DNA of 63,941 nt, the filler included, from Methanobacteriota archaeon (GTDB lineage: Archaea; JACRDV01), in NCBI GenBank assembly GCA_024860865.1. It is 7 parts of 7 records of this genome, joined end to end, with 100 filler letters (N's around TTAATTAATTAA, not from the genome) between each part and the next. Parts side by side here need not be neighbours in the genome. Positions count along the whole stretch, not along the records: positions 50,895 to 54,754 come from JACRDV010000036.1; positions 54,855 to 61,647 come from JACRDV010000040.1; positions 61,748 to 63,941 come from JACRDV010000037.1; 4 more parts are not named here. One strand, given 5' to 3'. Shown in pieces: positions 51,299-62,034 of this stretch. Each line of letters opens with the position of its first letter. Position 1 is the first letter of the stretch. A program made the position numbers and the translations under genes. Below the pieces are notes generated by a model. That model was not told the DNA's origin, did not search any database, and saw only the letters and a list, made by a program, of their open reading frames with translations.

Positions 51299-52189
51299 CT
51301 ATTTGAACAGTTCATGCAAGCGAATATGAATTGGGCCAAGTGACCCTCCATAATTACCAGCGCTTATTTTAACTATACCTGAAACTTTTACTGCGGCTGA
51401 AATTCCTTCGCGCATTGCAACTCTAACATTCTCTTCTGAAATCCCGTCAATTACAATTTCAAAAACGGATTTTACATTAGCTGGAATTTTTGACTCTGGA
51501 ACTTTATCTTTAATAGTAGGACAAAAAAGATGGTTTGTTGAAGCGCGCAAAAACTTATACTTAGAGCCAACTTTCGAACCAGAAGCGCAAATCCCTCCTG
51601 GAAATGGAGTAATCACCCCTTTGACCTTTGTGATAGCTCCAGCAGCAGCTTCAGCAGCTATTAATGCGCTCTTTTGAGTCTCTCCAAGAATTAGGAAGTT
51701 CCCCCCCGCAACTCCTTTTCTAATACCAAAGCTGTGTTCAACAATGAAATCGCCAGACATAATTGGGATTCGAATTACTTTTCTTTCAAATAAATTGTCT
51801 TGAGATTCAAAACCGTCGCCAAAAAATCTGAGCCTGTAACCAACATCTAATTTTTCTTGTGGATCTGGCAGAGCATCCCAAACTGAAGCTGTGGGAGTTG
51901 GAATCAAACACTGTCCGATTCTCAATAAAAGATAGTCTTTCATCATTTTTTTGGGACCAGTTATTTGGGAGATAGTGCCAGGTCTGCTGTCCGGGGTTTC
52001 ATTAGATGAGACATTCCTTTCAACGCCACATTCTCCTGGGCACCCAATCATTGTAGTTCCAAAACCAACTGCTATTTCTGCTCCAATCCTAGCCCATCTC
52101 TCAGTAACTGCTGTAACCAAAATTCTAGCGACCCATGTATTGAATGCTTCAGCATAAGTATCTTCTATTTCAACACCATTCATTTTCAT
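51299..52189 (-). CDS. ftr: Formylmethanofuran:tetrahydromethanopterin formyltransferase
   Basis: NGVEIEDTYAEAF, TPDSRPG, PFPGGICASGSKVGSKY, SAGNYGG. Confidence 0.93.
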   Translation of the reverse strand: MKMNGVEIEDTYAEAFNTWVARILVTAVTERWARIGAEIAVGFGTTMIGCPGECGVERNVSSNETPDSRPGTISQITGPKKMMKDYLLLRIGQCLIPTPTASVWDALPDPQEKLDVGYRLRFFGDGFESQDNLFERKVIRIPIMSGDFIVEHSFGIRKGVAGGNFLILGETQKSALIAAEAAAGAITKVKGVITPFPGGICASGSKVGSKYKFLRASTNHLFCPTIKDKVPESKIPANVKSVFEIVIDGISEENVRVAMREGISAAVKVSGIVKISAGNYGGSLGPIHIRLHELFK

Positions 52190-52316
52190 TAGCACACCCC
52201 CCATGTCCATTGTCTTTAAAAGACAAAAAATGTAATTAAATTTTGTCTGACATTAATAGACTAAAAGGCGTACAAAGCTTTTCTCATTGTAGAGACATAA
52301 TAATGTAAGAACTGCC

Positions 52317-52745
52317 ATGAAAAAAAGCAGCATAGCCATAGCATTGGTGGTGATAGGGGTATATCTCCTTATTCCATCTCCGCACGAAATGTTGCTTTAT
52401 CCAGTCAAAATTCCCCTTTTAATGAGGTATTTGGACATAACATCGACTACAGCATTTGCTTTACTGTTTGGTAGCTGCAGAGTTGGCGGTACTTTTTTTA
52501 TTGCTCTTGGGGTTTTACTTGGAGGACATCAAATATATCACAGGTTAGAAGTTATTCTTCAAACAATGGAAAGACCTGTTCTAAAATTTTTTCCATGGTA
52601 TAATCATGTGCGTAATTCTTTAGTCCTTAGATCGATCTCTAGTAGATTTAAGCGCATGCGAGCACGAAATTATAAACGAAAATATAAGAATAGTTTTTCT
52701 CGAAAAAAGATGCTGAGAAAATTTAGTATTATCAGGTTATTTTAA
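52317..52745 (+). CDS. Hypothetical membrane protein
   Basis: Hydrophobic N-terminal segments and a basic tail. Confidence 0.5.
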   Translation: MKKSSIAIALVVIGVYLLIPSPHEMLLYPVKIPLLMRYLDITSTTAFALLFGSCRVGGTFFIALGVLLGGHQIYHRLEVILQTMERPVLKFFPWYNHVRNSLVLRSISSRFKRMRARNYKRKYKNSFSRKKMLRKFSIIRLF

Positions 52746-52800
52746 TTTATAATTTAATCAGCAAAGCAGTTTTGAAAACTAAATTCAGAAAATCAATTAA

Positions 52801-53364
52801 TCAGAACAAACTTGCTAGAAGTTTTTCCGCTTCAACTTTAATATCATCGTAAAGACTGTGGCCATGCGAATCCATGGCTACAACCAACGGACCAAAATCT
52901 TTTACTTCAAGCTCCCAGATAGCATCAGGTATTCCAAGGTCCAGCCAATACACCTTTTTTATTCTCTTAACTTTTTGCCCTAGAATAACAGCACAACCGC
53001 CGGTAGCTGCCAGATAAACAGAACCATACTTTCTCATCGCCTTTAGAGTATTCGAATCCATTCCGCCTTTCCCAATAATTGCCCTTACGCCAAGCTTTAA
53101 GATATCAGGCTGGTACTTGTTCATTCTTGCGCTGGTGGTTGGTCCAATAACCAAAAGTTCAAACTCTTCATTTTTCTTAACAATCGGTCCAGCATGAAAG
53201 AGTACGCTGTTAGTTAAATTTATTGGCACATCTTTTCCTTTCTTGATAAGTTCTAGAATGCGCGCTGATGCTTTATCGCGAGCAGTTAAAATTGTTCCAG
53301 TCAAATAGACTATATCAGATACATTTAATTCTCTTACTTCAGTTTCAGTTAATGGAGTTTCCAT
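52801..53364 (-). CDS. Fe-S hydro-lyase (fumarase/tartrate dehydratase) beta subunit
   Basis: TARD, GPTTSARM, GKGGM. Confidence 0.9.
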   Translation of the reverse strand: METPLTETEVRELNVSDIVYLTGTILTARDKASARILELIKKGKDVPINLTNSVLFHAGPIVKKNEEFELLVIGPTTSARMNKYQPDILKLGVRAIIGKGGMDSNTLKAMRKYGSVYLAATGGCAVILGQKVKRIKKVYWLDLGIPDAIWELEVKDFGPLVVAMDSHGHSLYDDIKVEAEKLLASLF

Positions 53365-53386
53365 TGAAATTTTCAATTTAATTCCT

Positions 53387-54262
53387 TCAAATAAATTTAA
53401 CCTTATTATCAACATAGATTCGCGCAGTTGCTTTCCTTGCTGCCCAACACAAAAAGCAAATGGCTGCTGGTAATCCTGCTACATGAGTATCAGCCACTTC
53501 AATAAAAACATCGAGAGAAGTTGTATTGCCACCTAATCCCATTGGACCTATTCCAGTTTCATTTATTAGTTTGAGCAGACTTTCCTCAAGTTTAGCGAGG
53601 TTTTGGTCAGCATTTCTTTGCCCAATTGGCCTAAGCAAGGCTTTTTTCGCCAATTTAAGCGAATAATCAGCAGTTCCTCCTAACCCAACTCCCACTATGG
53701 TTGGCGGACAAGGTTTGCCACCAGCATTAATTACGGTTTCTAAAACAAATTTTTTGACTCCATCGGGGCCCTCTGCAGGTGTTAGCATTTTGAATGCACT
53801 CATGTTTTCAGAGCCACCGCCTTTTGGCATAAATGTTAATTCTAAATAATCTTCGTTAGAAAGTTCGATATCAATGATAGGAATTTGATTTCCAGTGTTA
53901 GTGCCAGTATTCTTTCTGGTCAAAACTTCGACAATATTTGGTCTTAAAATATTATCATTAGTAGCTTTTTTAATTCCTTGTGCAATTGCATCGAATAAAT
54001 TTCCATCTACTTGTATTTTTTTTCCAAGTTTTGCAAATATAATAGGTATTCCGGTATCTTGGCAGATTGGCTTGCTTAGTTGCTTTGCAAGTTGAATATT
54101 TTCGAGAATAACTCTTAGGTTTTCCTTTGCAATTGGATGTGCTTCTTTTTGATAAGCATGCCTTAGAGCTTGAACTACATCCTCTGGCAATTCTATAACT
54201 GCTTTTTTAACTAACTCAAAAATAGTATTAGAAATAACCCCAGATTCAATTGCCATAATCAA
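53387..54262 (-). CDS. Fe-S hydro-lyase (fumarase/tartrate dehydratase) alpha subunit
   Basis: ICQDTG, KGGGSEN, PCPP, CWAAR. Confidence 0.9.
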   Translation of the reverse strand: MIMAIESGVISNTIFELVKKAVIELPEDVVQALRHAYQKEAHPIAKENLRVILENIQLAKQLSKPICQDTGIPIIFAKLGKKIQVDGNLFDAIAQGIKKATNDNILRPNIVEVLTRKNTGTNTGNQIPIIDIELSNEDYLELTFMPKGGGSENMSAFKMLTPAEGPDGVKKFVLETVINAGGKPCPPTIVGVGLGGTADYSLKLAKKALLRPIGQRNADQNLAKLEESLLKLINETGIGPMGLGGNTTSLDVFIEVADTHVAGLPAAICFLCWAARKATARIYVDNKVKFI

Positions 54263-54265
54263 AAC

Positions 54266-54754
54266 TCAAGATTTAGCATAGCTTTCTATTTCAGCTAATT
54301 TTTCATCAATCATTTTCTGAATTTTTTCGATCTCTTCCTTAGGTAGATGTTTAAACCTTGATTGTGCAATCAAATATTGCTTAACCGGCTTCTTTTGAGC
54401 TGGCCAATATGTGATTCGAAGTTTACCATTTTCAACTTCATAGAGAGGCCACATTCCGGTTTCTACAGCGAGTCTACCAAGTTCAACTGTCTTTTCTGCT
54501 GGAAAACCCCAGCCAACAGGGCAAGGAGCCAAAATATGGATATAACTTAGACCCTTTGTTTTTGAGGCTTTTATCATTTTCTCTGCGAAGTCATAGGGGT
54601 ATGATGTGCAAGCTGTAGCTACATAAGGCACTTCATGCGCAGCCATGATCATTACCATATCTTTTTTAGGTCTTTCATTTCCAATGCTGAATTTACCGGG
54701 TGGAGAAGTCGTTGTTCTGGCCCCATATGGAGTTGCTCCACTTCTTTGAATGCC
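54266..54754 (-). CDS. porB: Pyruvate/2-oxoacid:ferredoxin oxidoreductase beta subunit, 5' truncated
   Basis: [28 protein letters not shown]. Confidence 0.85.
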   Translation of the reverse strand, partial: GIQRSGATPYGARTTTSPPGKFSIGNERPKKDMVMIMAAHEVPYVATACTSYPYDFAEKMIKASKTKGLSYIHILAPCPVGWGFPAEKTVELGRLAVETGMWPLYEVENGKLRITYWPAQKKPVKQYLIAQSRFKHLPKEEIEKIQKMIDEKLAEIESYAKS

Positions 54755-54854
54755 NNNNNNNNNNNNNNNNNNNNNNNNNNNNNNNNNNNNNNNNNNNNTT
54801 AATTAATTAANNNNNNNNNNNNNNNNNNNNNNNNNNNNNNNNNNNNNNNNNNNN
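54755..54854. other. Artificial contig linker
   Basis: N44-TTAATTAATTAA-N44. Confidence 0.98.
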
Positions 54855-55046
54855 AATAAATTATATGCAGTCCAAATTAAATTAAGTCAGACAAAAAATT
54901 CTACCACAAAAATTCTAACTGAAAATAAAATATGCATAAGAAAAATTAACCACAACAATTGTATTTAAGAGCGTTTAATAAAATATTTTGTGGTCTACAT
55001 TTTGCGAGAGTAATTTCGTATTTTGAAACGATTATAGGGAACTCAT

Positions 55047-55712
55047 GTGGTTTTAATTATTGATCCTGAAGTGAGAGCTAAATTTCTCAGATTGCAAGTT
55101 TTAGTAGGGCAATTCAAAGGCGTAAAAATAAAGAGAGGAGATGCTGAGTTACAAACATTCAAAGAACAAGTGATTAAACAAGTAAAAGAGGAATATAAAC
55201 TTGAAAAGCTAAAAGATGTTCAAATTTTCAGGGCTTATCGAGATTTCTTTTGGAGAATTGGAATCGATCCTACAAAAGTTCGGCCAGCTGCCGAGGCATT
55301 AATTAGGAGGATTTTAGGAGGCAAATCTATCCCAAATATTAACACACTTGTAGATGTTTATAATTTGGCCTCTATAAAAACAGGGATCGCTTTAGCAGCT
55401 TTTGATGAAGATAAATTGCAAGGTAACCTAGTCATGAGATTTGCGAAAGAAGGCGAAAAATTTCTTGGGATTGGAATGAAAGAGTCTATTGAACTTGAAG
55501 GAACCGAGATAGTAATTTCTGATAAAGAAAAATTGATTGCTATCTATCCCCATAGAGATTCTGATCAAACGAAGGTTACGGATATGACGAGAAATATTTT
55601 ATTACTAGTGTGTGGGGTTCCTGGAATAGAAGAAAAAATTTTACAAGATGCTGGAAATGTGGCTGTAAAATATATAATTAAATACTGTGGAGGAGAAGGA
55701 AAGTTAGATTAA
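55047..55712 (+). CDS. Stand-alone B3/B4 (PheRS editing-like) domain protein
   Basis: GIDPTKVRPAAEALIRR, INTLVDVYN. Confidence 0.85.
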   Translation: MVLIIDPEVRAKFLRLQVLVGQFKGVKIKRGDAELQTFKEQVIKQVKEEYKLEKLKDVQIFRAYRDFFWRIGIDPTKVRPAAEALIRRILGGKSIPNINTLVDVYNLASIKTGIALAAFDEDKLQGNLVMRFAKEGEKFLGIGMKESIELEGTEIVISDKEKLIAIYPHRDSDQTKVTDMTRNILLLVCGVPGIEEKILQDAGNVAVKYIIKYCGGEGKLD

Positions 55713-55764
55713 TTTAAAAAAATGATCAACTACCATTCTGACCAAGTATATCTATGAGCTGCTC

Positions 55765-56970
55765 TTATTTCTTTCTTCTTCTCAATAATATAACCGCTAT
55801 AATGATTATACCAATTATGCCTCCAACTATTAAATAAGTTCGAGTGTAAATAGGTGGCGACACTAAAATTGCAGTCGATTTTGTATCAACAAGATGATCC
55901 ACTCCTTCAGTCCAACTAATTTGCACATCCACCGGATATGCCTGTGGTTTAGCATCCGAGTCTACATCTATATGGAATATACATGCTGTGGTTTCACCCG
56001 GTGCTAATGAATCTATATAATAAGTTTTTCCAGAAGGCGTAATTGGATAATCAGCTCGCAAATTTAATTTAATCTCTTTAGCAGTGGCAGTTCCCTTGTT
56101 TTTAATTTGAACAAAAATGCGATCTCCTTTGTCATCCGGTTTTATTTCCTTGGGATCAGAACTTATCCCTATTATCTCAAATTTTGCTGTGGGTTCTAAT
56201 TTAACAGATAAATTTACTATTTTAGATGTAGCCACACCATATTTGTTAGCATAGATCATGCGAATTGGGAGGACCCAATTTTTTGCTTCAGCACTTTCAT
56301 TCACTTCAACTTGAATTGTTTCAACAATAGCAGACTTTGGAGGGAGATCTCCAACATAAATTGCTTGGCTTGCCCATAAAACTTCAAAGGGATAGGAATC
56401 CAACGGGTATACCCAAATATCCTTTGCTATATCAGTGCCAAAATTCGATGCTTTAAGTGCTATCTTAGCCGCATATCCTGGTCGAATTTTCTCAGGCTGA
56501 GATGCTGTAACGCTTAATAAAATTTCAGGTTTACCAGATACTGTTATAGTAATTCGTTCTGTTGAAATTTTAGATACATAGGGTGTTTTACCCGGTTCAA
56601 ATGCTGTATAAGTTAAAATTACGTTTAAGGTGTAATCGCCAGCTATTGCATTAGAATCAACTGTTAACTGAAATTTACTAATGCTTATTGACTCGCCTGG
56701 TGATAGGTAATCTAAATGAAATGCTTCAGTGGGACTAATTTGAAGAAAAGGATATCCGCCTTGGAGCTGAACATAAATATTTTCTATTTCAAACTTATAC
56801 GCATTTCTAACTGTAAATGTTAAATTGAAACTCTTACCTGGTAAAACTTGTGGAGCTAGTATATTCTCTACTACTAATTCATGTGTAGGAACTTGAGCAA
56901 GACTTGGTTCAATTAATATTGCCAATAATATAAAAAACACAACTGGCACCGAAGTGGTAATTTTCCCCAT
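55765..56970 (-). CDS. COG1361-like S-layer/Ig-domain membrane-anchored protein
   Basis: Signal peptide, three Ig-like repeats, C-terminal TM followed by RRRKK. Confidence 0.75.
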   Translation of the reverse strand: MGKITTSVPVVFFILLAILIEPSLAQVPTHELVVENILAPQVLPGKSFNLTFTVRNAYKFEIENIYVQLQGGYPFLQISPTEAFHLDYLSPGESISISKFQLTVDSNAIAGDYTLNVILTYTAFEPGKTPYVSKISTERITITVSGKPEILLSVTASQPEKIRPGYAAKIALKASNFGTDIAKDIWVYPLDSYPFEVLWASQAIYVGDLPPKSAIVETIQVEVNESAEAKNWVLPIRMIYANKYGVATSKIVNLSVKLEPTAKFEIIGISSDPKEIKPDDKGDRIFVQIKNKGTATAKEIKLNLRADYPITPSGKTYYIDSLAPGETTACIFHIDVDSDAKPQAYPVDVQISWTEGVDHLVDTKSTAILVSPPIYTRTYLIVGGIIGIIIIAVILLRRRKK

Positions 56971-56978
56971 TTTATCAC

Positions 56979-58133
56979 CTATTCAATAGTTCTTTTAAAG
57001 GCAAGAGTACCTATAATAAACATTAACAAAGCGAAACCGCTGATGATGACTAAATCAAGTACCAATGCCGACCAAATTACTCCGCGAAGAATAACAGCAC
57101 GAAGAGCATCTACTGAGTAGGTGAGCGGGTTTATCGCAGCAAGTGGTTTCATCCATGATGGCATCGATTGAATTGGATATAGCGCTCCGGAAAGAAACCA
57201 TGTTGGTATTACCACCATTATCATGACCAATGGAAACTGCTCAAACTCCTTTATCCGCGTTCCGAAGGCTACACTCATACCAATGAAAGCGATAGACGTG
57301 ATAGTTATGACCAAGAAAATCAATGAAAATCCTAACAAGCTGATTTTGATACGAGCACCCATTAAAATAGCAACGAACAATGCAACGAATCCAGCAATTA
57401 TGGTTTGAGTTACCCCAGCGCTAGTTTTACCTAGAATAATAGCTGCTCTAGTGATCGGAGCAACCATAAGAGTTCTTAGGGTCCCAAATAGGCGATCCAT
57501 AACCAGACCAAGGCCACCGCTAAATACTGCAGAGAATATAAGGCACATTATGATAACACCAGGTGCTAGATAGTCAAAGTAACGTATCCCACGGGCATAA
57601 AGAATGTTCTCGTGAATTTCAGTCGGATTTGCCAGAAAACTCGCACTTGTTTGTGGGTTCTCTTGAATAATAAAGTTAACAGTCACTTGTTTGTCAAAGG
57701 CCTTTTGTACGGCATCCAAATACGAAGTAATTGTCATCGCTGTCATGAGCACGGTATTATCTATAATTAATTGAATGCTAGCTGTTTTTCTTTTATCAAG
57801 ATTTTTGCTGAAATCAGGCGGGATGATAATAACAGCTGTTACCTCTCCATTTTTCAATAAATTTAAAGCGTGCGCATAATTTGTGTTCGCTGTTATCTCT
57901 ATCGCTTTTCCAGACTGAAGCAAATTGATAAACTCATTCGCGTGTAACCCGGTGTCCTCCACAACTAGTGCAATTGGGACATGATCAATTGTTCCACCAA
58001 AAGCGTGACCGAAGATTCCAAGCCATATAAAAGGAAATATCAGCACCCGAAGCACCCCAAAAAACGGGCTCTCCTTTATCCAGACTCGCATTTCTTTTTT
58101 CCAAATCGCATAAGAGTCCCTGAGTACTGACAC
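56979..58133 (-). CDS. ABC-2 transporter permease
   Basis: YLAPG, LSGALYP, NPLTY. Confidence 0.88.
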   Translation of the reverse strand: MSVLRDSYAIWKKEMRVWIKESPFFGVLRVLIFPFIWLGIFGHAFGGTIDHVPIALVVEDTGLHANEFINLLQSGKAIEITANTNYAHALNLLKNGEVTAVIIIPPDFSKNLDKRKTASIQLIIDNTVLMTAMTITSYLDAVQKAFDKQVTVNFIIQENPQTSASFLANPTEIHENILYARGIRYFDYLAPGVIIMCLIFSAVFSGGLGLVMDRLFGTLRTLMVAPITRAAIILGKTSAGVTQTIIAGFVALFVAILMGARIKISLLGFSLIFLVITITSIAFIGMSVAFGTRIKEFEQFPLVMIMVVIPTWFLSGALYPIQSMPSWMKPLAAINPLTYSVDALRAVILRGVIWSALVLDLVIISGFALLMFIIGTLAFKRTIE

Positions 58134-58137
58134 AATT

Positions 58138-59118
58138 TCACCGGCGTAAGATTTTTCGGATCTCTGGGCCCTCCTCGCGGATTCTGCGACCGGTATAATG
58201 AATAAAAACATCTTCCAAAGTTGGTTCATACATGCCTATTGAATTGATTGAAACCCCAGTTTTCTCTGCAATGTGAATTAGTTTGGGTATCAGTTGCTCA
58301 CCATTTGCTGCCACTAGGTGTATGGTGTCCTGGTTAACCATAATTGGGATATGGTCCAAATCTTTTACAGCCTTCACAAAAGCTTCGGCTGGCCCACTAA
58401 TTTTTATATCAATAACCGTGCCCTTTCCAATTTTATTCTTAAGATCAGAGGAGGTGCCAAGTGCAATAATCCGACCATTATCAATAATAGCAATTCGGTC
58501 GCAAAGAGCGTCGGCTTCTTCCATATAATGCGTTGTTAAAAATATCGTGACGCCTTTCTCTCGAAGAGAATGAATATATTTCCAGATAACTTGTCGAGTT
58601 TGTACATCAAGGCCCAGAGTGGGTTCATCCATGAAAATGAGTTTTGGTTGATGAAGAAATGCTTTAGCGATTTCTAATCTCCGTTTCATGCCACTTGAGA
58701 AGGTTCTGATTATATCATTCGCTCGATCACCTAGTTGAACAAGGTCTAAAAGCTCTGGGATTAATCGACTGTATTCAGCTCTTGGAACGTGGTAAAGCTC
58801 AGCATGAAATTCAAGGTTCTCCCGTGCAGTTAAACGGCTTTCTAGTGCGACTTCTTGAGGAATGACTCCGATACTCGCTCGAACAGCATCAGGTTCTTTA
58901 ATTATATCATAACCTGCTACAATAGCTGTGCCTTCAGAGGGTTGAAGCAATGTTATCAGGCAATTAATAGTAGTTGTCTTTCCGGCTCCATTTGGGCCAA
59001 GAAAGCCGAAAATTTCGCCATATTTTACCTTAAAATTGATATGATCTACTGCTACTAGTTCGCCGAAGCATTTGGTTAAATCATACGTTTCTATAGCGAA
59101 TTCTCCCAACTGTAACAA
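58138..59118 (-). CDS. ABC transporter ATPase (DrrA-like)
   Basis: GPNGAGKTT, MDEPT, TTHYMEEA. Confidence 0.93.
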   Translation of the reverse strand: MLQLGEFAIETYDLTKCFGELVAVDHINFKVKYGEIFGFLGPNGAGKTTTINCLITLLQPSEGTAIVAGYDIIKEPDAVRASIGVIPQEVALESRLTARENLEFHAELYHVPRAEYSRLIPELLDLVQLGDRANDIIRTFSSGMKRRLEIAKAFLHQPKLIFMDEPTLGLDVQTRQVIWKYIHSLREKGVTIFLTTHYMEEADALCDRIAIIDNGRIIALGTSSDLKNKIGKGTVIDIKISGPAEAFVKAVKDLDHIPIMVNQDTIHLVAANGEQLIPKLIHIAEKTGVSINSIGMYEPTLEDVFIHYTGRRIREEGPEIRKILRR

Positions 59119-59167
59119 CCCTTTTTTTGCTTGAATTTTAAAAAAGTATTAACTACTATTTTGGACT

Positions 59168-59833
59168 TCAGGTAAATGCGAGCTCTAACAAACTTCCGAT
59201 ATCTTCATCAAATTTTTGAATCTGAAATATTTTTTCGAAATTTCTTTCAATAACTTTTTGAAAACCTAACTCATCCCACATTTTATCTAAAGTTTGAGCG
59301 TCCATACCTACCGCTGGTTTCTTGGGAGTAGCGTAACAACAACTTGCATGGTGTTCTTGATAAATTGCAAGTTTTTTAGAGATTGTTATAACTTCAGATT
59401 TGTCAAGACCAATTAGTGGTCTTAAAATTGGATATTTTATTCCGTATGAGGTAGCTGTTAGATTAGCTAAAGTTTGGCTAGCCTTCTGACCGAGCGCTTC
59501 TCCAGTGACTATTCCAGTCGCACTATTTTGATCGCAAATTTTCTCTGCAACCTTGAACATACTTTTTCGGCAAAGCAGGCATCTATAAGAATCTTTAGGG
59601 CAGGAATTAGCTATGGTAGAAAGAACTTCTGCCCAGGGATATACAATCACTTTGCTAAAACCTAAAATTGGCTGAAGCTGTTTAAAAGTATCTACGGCTC
59701 TTCTGAAAGATTCTTCACAAGTAAATGGGTAGATGCCGAAATGAAGGGGAATGATATCAAATCCCTTTTTCGACATTAAAACGCTGGCAACTGGAGAATC
59801 AATTCCCCCAGAGATTAAGCATACTAGTCTCAT
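59168..59833 (-). CDS. ThiI-like PP-loop protein without a THUMP domain
   Basis: SGGIDSPVA, CLLCRK, TGEALGQKASQT, RPLIG. Confidence 0.8.
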   Translation of the reverse strand: MRLVCLISGGIDSPVASVLMSKKGFDIIPLHFGIYPFTCEESFRRAVDTFKQLQPILGFSKVIVYPWAEVLSTIANSCPKDSYRCLLCRKSMFKVAEKICDQNSATGIVTGEALGQKASQTLANLTATSYGIKYPILRPLIGLDKSEVITISKKLAIYQEHHASCCYATPKKPAVGMDAQTLDKMWDELGFQKVIERNFEKIFQIQKFDEDIGSLLELAFT

Positions 59834-59871
59834 ATTTTTCTACCTTAAATTTGGTAATAATTCAGTTCATG

Positions 59872-60231
59872 TTATCTTGAAGAAACCCATTGCATTAAAG
59901 GTATCATTGCGCGTCGCAGTTCCTCGCCATCCTTCGTGAGAGAATACTCAACTCTAGGAGGAATCTCTGCGAATGCATCCCTTTTAATTAAACCTGCCTT
60001 CTCTAATTCTTTCAATCTATCAGCTAAAGTCTTTGGGCTTATGTCGGTTAACTTTTTTATGATCTCGTTATATCTCAATCTTTGATTGTTACCTAAAGTG
60101 CCTATGATCAATAATGTCCATTTTTTGCTGACTATATCCATGATACCTTCCAGCGGGCATAGGCATATATCGCTTTCTTTCTGCTTTATACATCTATTAC
60201 TTACTTTTGGCATAGTGACTTTCTCTTTCAA
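59872..60231 (-). CDS. HxlR-family regulator
   Basis: CP...KKW...PPRVEYSLT. Confidence 0.9.
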   Translation of the reverse strand: MKEKVTMPKVSNRCIKQKESDICLCPLEGIMDIVSKKWTLLIIGTLGNNQRLRYNEIIKKLTDISPKTLADRLKELEKAGLIKRDAFAEIPPRVEYSLTKDGEELRRAMIPLMQWVSSR

Positions 60232-60305
60232 TTGTTGCTATATTACTTTAAACTTGGTAGTTTAAATACTTTATAAACTATATTTACTTCAAAATAGGAA
60301 GTAAA

Positions 60306-60827
60306 ATGAACATACTGGGTATTGCGATAGATTTGTTACATCTCTTAGCAACAGTTATTTGGATTGGGGGAATGGCTTTTAATCTCCTAGTACTTCGTCC
60401 TTCACTTACAGTAATCGAACCATCACAGCGAATCAAACTTGTATGTGCTGTTGTAAAACGTTTTATTTATTTTGCTTGGGGAAGTATTGCAACACTCGTT
60501 GTTACAGGTATTTTCATGGCGCCTCGAATAAGTTTTTCGTATGCTCTTCTTAGTACGACCTATGGATTTGTGTTAGTGATTAAACATGGATTAGTATTAG
60601 TAATGGTTATCATTGTGGCTGTAATTAGTTTCGTTTTGTTACCAAGATTGATGACTCTGCCACCAAGTGTTGCTGGAACTAACACTTCATCTAGGACAAG
60701 CTCACATGGTCTGCCACCAGAATTGGTGAAGACATTAGGAAAAATAGTGCAGTTTGTAAAGCTTAATTTAGCCCTAGGTATTCTAGTTTTGTTAGTTTCA
60801 ACAATATTAGAAAAAGTGCAAATATAA
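60306..60827 (+). CDS. CopD/DUF4149-like membrane protein
   Basis: LHLLATVIWIGG, YGFVLVIK. Confidence 0.7.
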   Translation: MNILGIAIDLLHLLATVIWIGGMAFNLLVLRPSLTVIEPSQRIKLVCAVVKRFIYFAWGSIATLVVTGIFMAPRISFSYALLSTTYGFVLVIKHGLVLVMVIIVAVISFVLLPRLMTLPPSVAGTNTSSRTSSHGLPPELVKTLGKIVQFVKLNLALGILVLLVSTILEKVQI

Positions 60828-61077
60828 ATTAAAGTTGAAGGAGGTGAAGAAGATGTGTATAGAGTGTTTTCTTTCAAAAAAGAACGAGAAAGAAGAACAA
60901 GAATTGAAGCAAGTTACTTCTAGCTTTCAATATAAGTCAGCAAAAGAGCTTAGTAGAAATCCAAGGTCTCCTCAACATAAAGGCTAAAGAAATGATTAAC
61001 TTTAAGTTGTCTAAAAATTTCAAATTATTTTTCCAGCTAAATGAATTAGGGGACTAGAATTAGAGACTGCTACAAAC

Positions 61078-61366
61078 TTATTCTTTTAATGCTTTTAGAT
61101 CTTCTTCAAGTTCTTTTATTCCGTATCGCACCTTGATCTTTCTTTCTCTTAAAATTTCCATCATTTTCCAAAGAGAGATATTAACTAACCTTGCTGCCTT
61201 CCAGAGAGTTGCTTTCCTCTTTATACAGTTGAATTGTTTTCCGCAATTTCTTTTCTTTAATATCTAAAGTCAGAAGTTCTCTAACCAATTCGGATTTGTC
61301 CTTAGATTCTTCCTTTGATAGTTTTTCCAACATTTTTTGGATTTCAGCGGTTAATCTAAAGGACAT
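61078..61366 (-). pseudogene. UPF0175-family antitoxin-like gene, frameshifted
   Basis: DKSELVRELL...IQLYKE continues in another frame as KATLWKAARL...ELEEDL. Confidence 0.7.
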
Positions 61367-61647
61367 GAGCCCCCCATTTTTATCACATAATACAACTATA
61401 TAGATTGTATATTTGCTTACGCCGTTAGGAGCACGAGCTCATGAAGTAATAATGAGTGCCATGCAGAGCTAGAGAATGTAGGGGAAAAACTTCACATCGA
61501 GTGTGCAAATTTTGCAGAGAGAACTGTTAAATAAATCTTCAAATGGCTAAACGCCTATGAAGCCCGCTTCTTTCGGTTAAGAATGAAAAACTTCAATTAA
61601 AGCAAAATCGCCTCATTTAAGCAAATTGAAGCTAGAGATAGGCAAAT

Positions 61648-61747
61648 NNNNNNNNNNNNNNNNNNNNNNNNNNNNNNNNNNNNNNNNNNNNTTAATTAAT
61701 TAANNNNNNNNNNNNNNNNNNNNNNNNNNNNNNNNNNNNNNNNNNNN
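61648..61747. other. Artificial contig linker
   Basis: N44-TTAATTAATTAA-N44. Confidence 0.98.
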
Positions 61748-61959
61748 ACACAGGGCAACTAGTGGGCGAAACAAAGTCCGCTGAGTTTATCGTACCTGCT
61801 GGCACCAAACCAGTGACAAGCCCGCCTGCAAGTTGGACCGTAATTTGGGGCCATAAAGGATTCGATGTTAAGGGTCGGGTTTTTTACGGCATAAAAAGTG
61901 GCCCTCCGTATCATTACAAGACTGACGTGGCTTGGACTCACTTTGGTGTGTATAGCTAA
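61748..61959 (+). CDS. C-terminal fragment of an unknown protein
   Basis: Open frame from the contig edge to TAA. Confidence 0.35.
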
Positions 61960-62034
61960 AAAATGGACAAAACACACTGGAAATTAGAAAGGAAATAAAA
62001 ACAGTTTGAAATAATTAGAGCTAGACTACCTAAT

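Noticed and set aside
58134-58229. Long overlap between the ABC permease ORF and the ATPase
   Set aside because: Start-call artefact; GTG at 58133 removes the overlap.
9520-61747. TTAATTAATTAA repeated six times inside N runs
   Set aside because: Artificial contig linker with stops in all frames; not a biological repeat or CRISPR.
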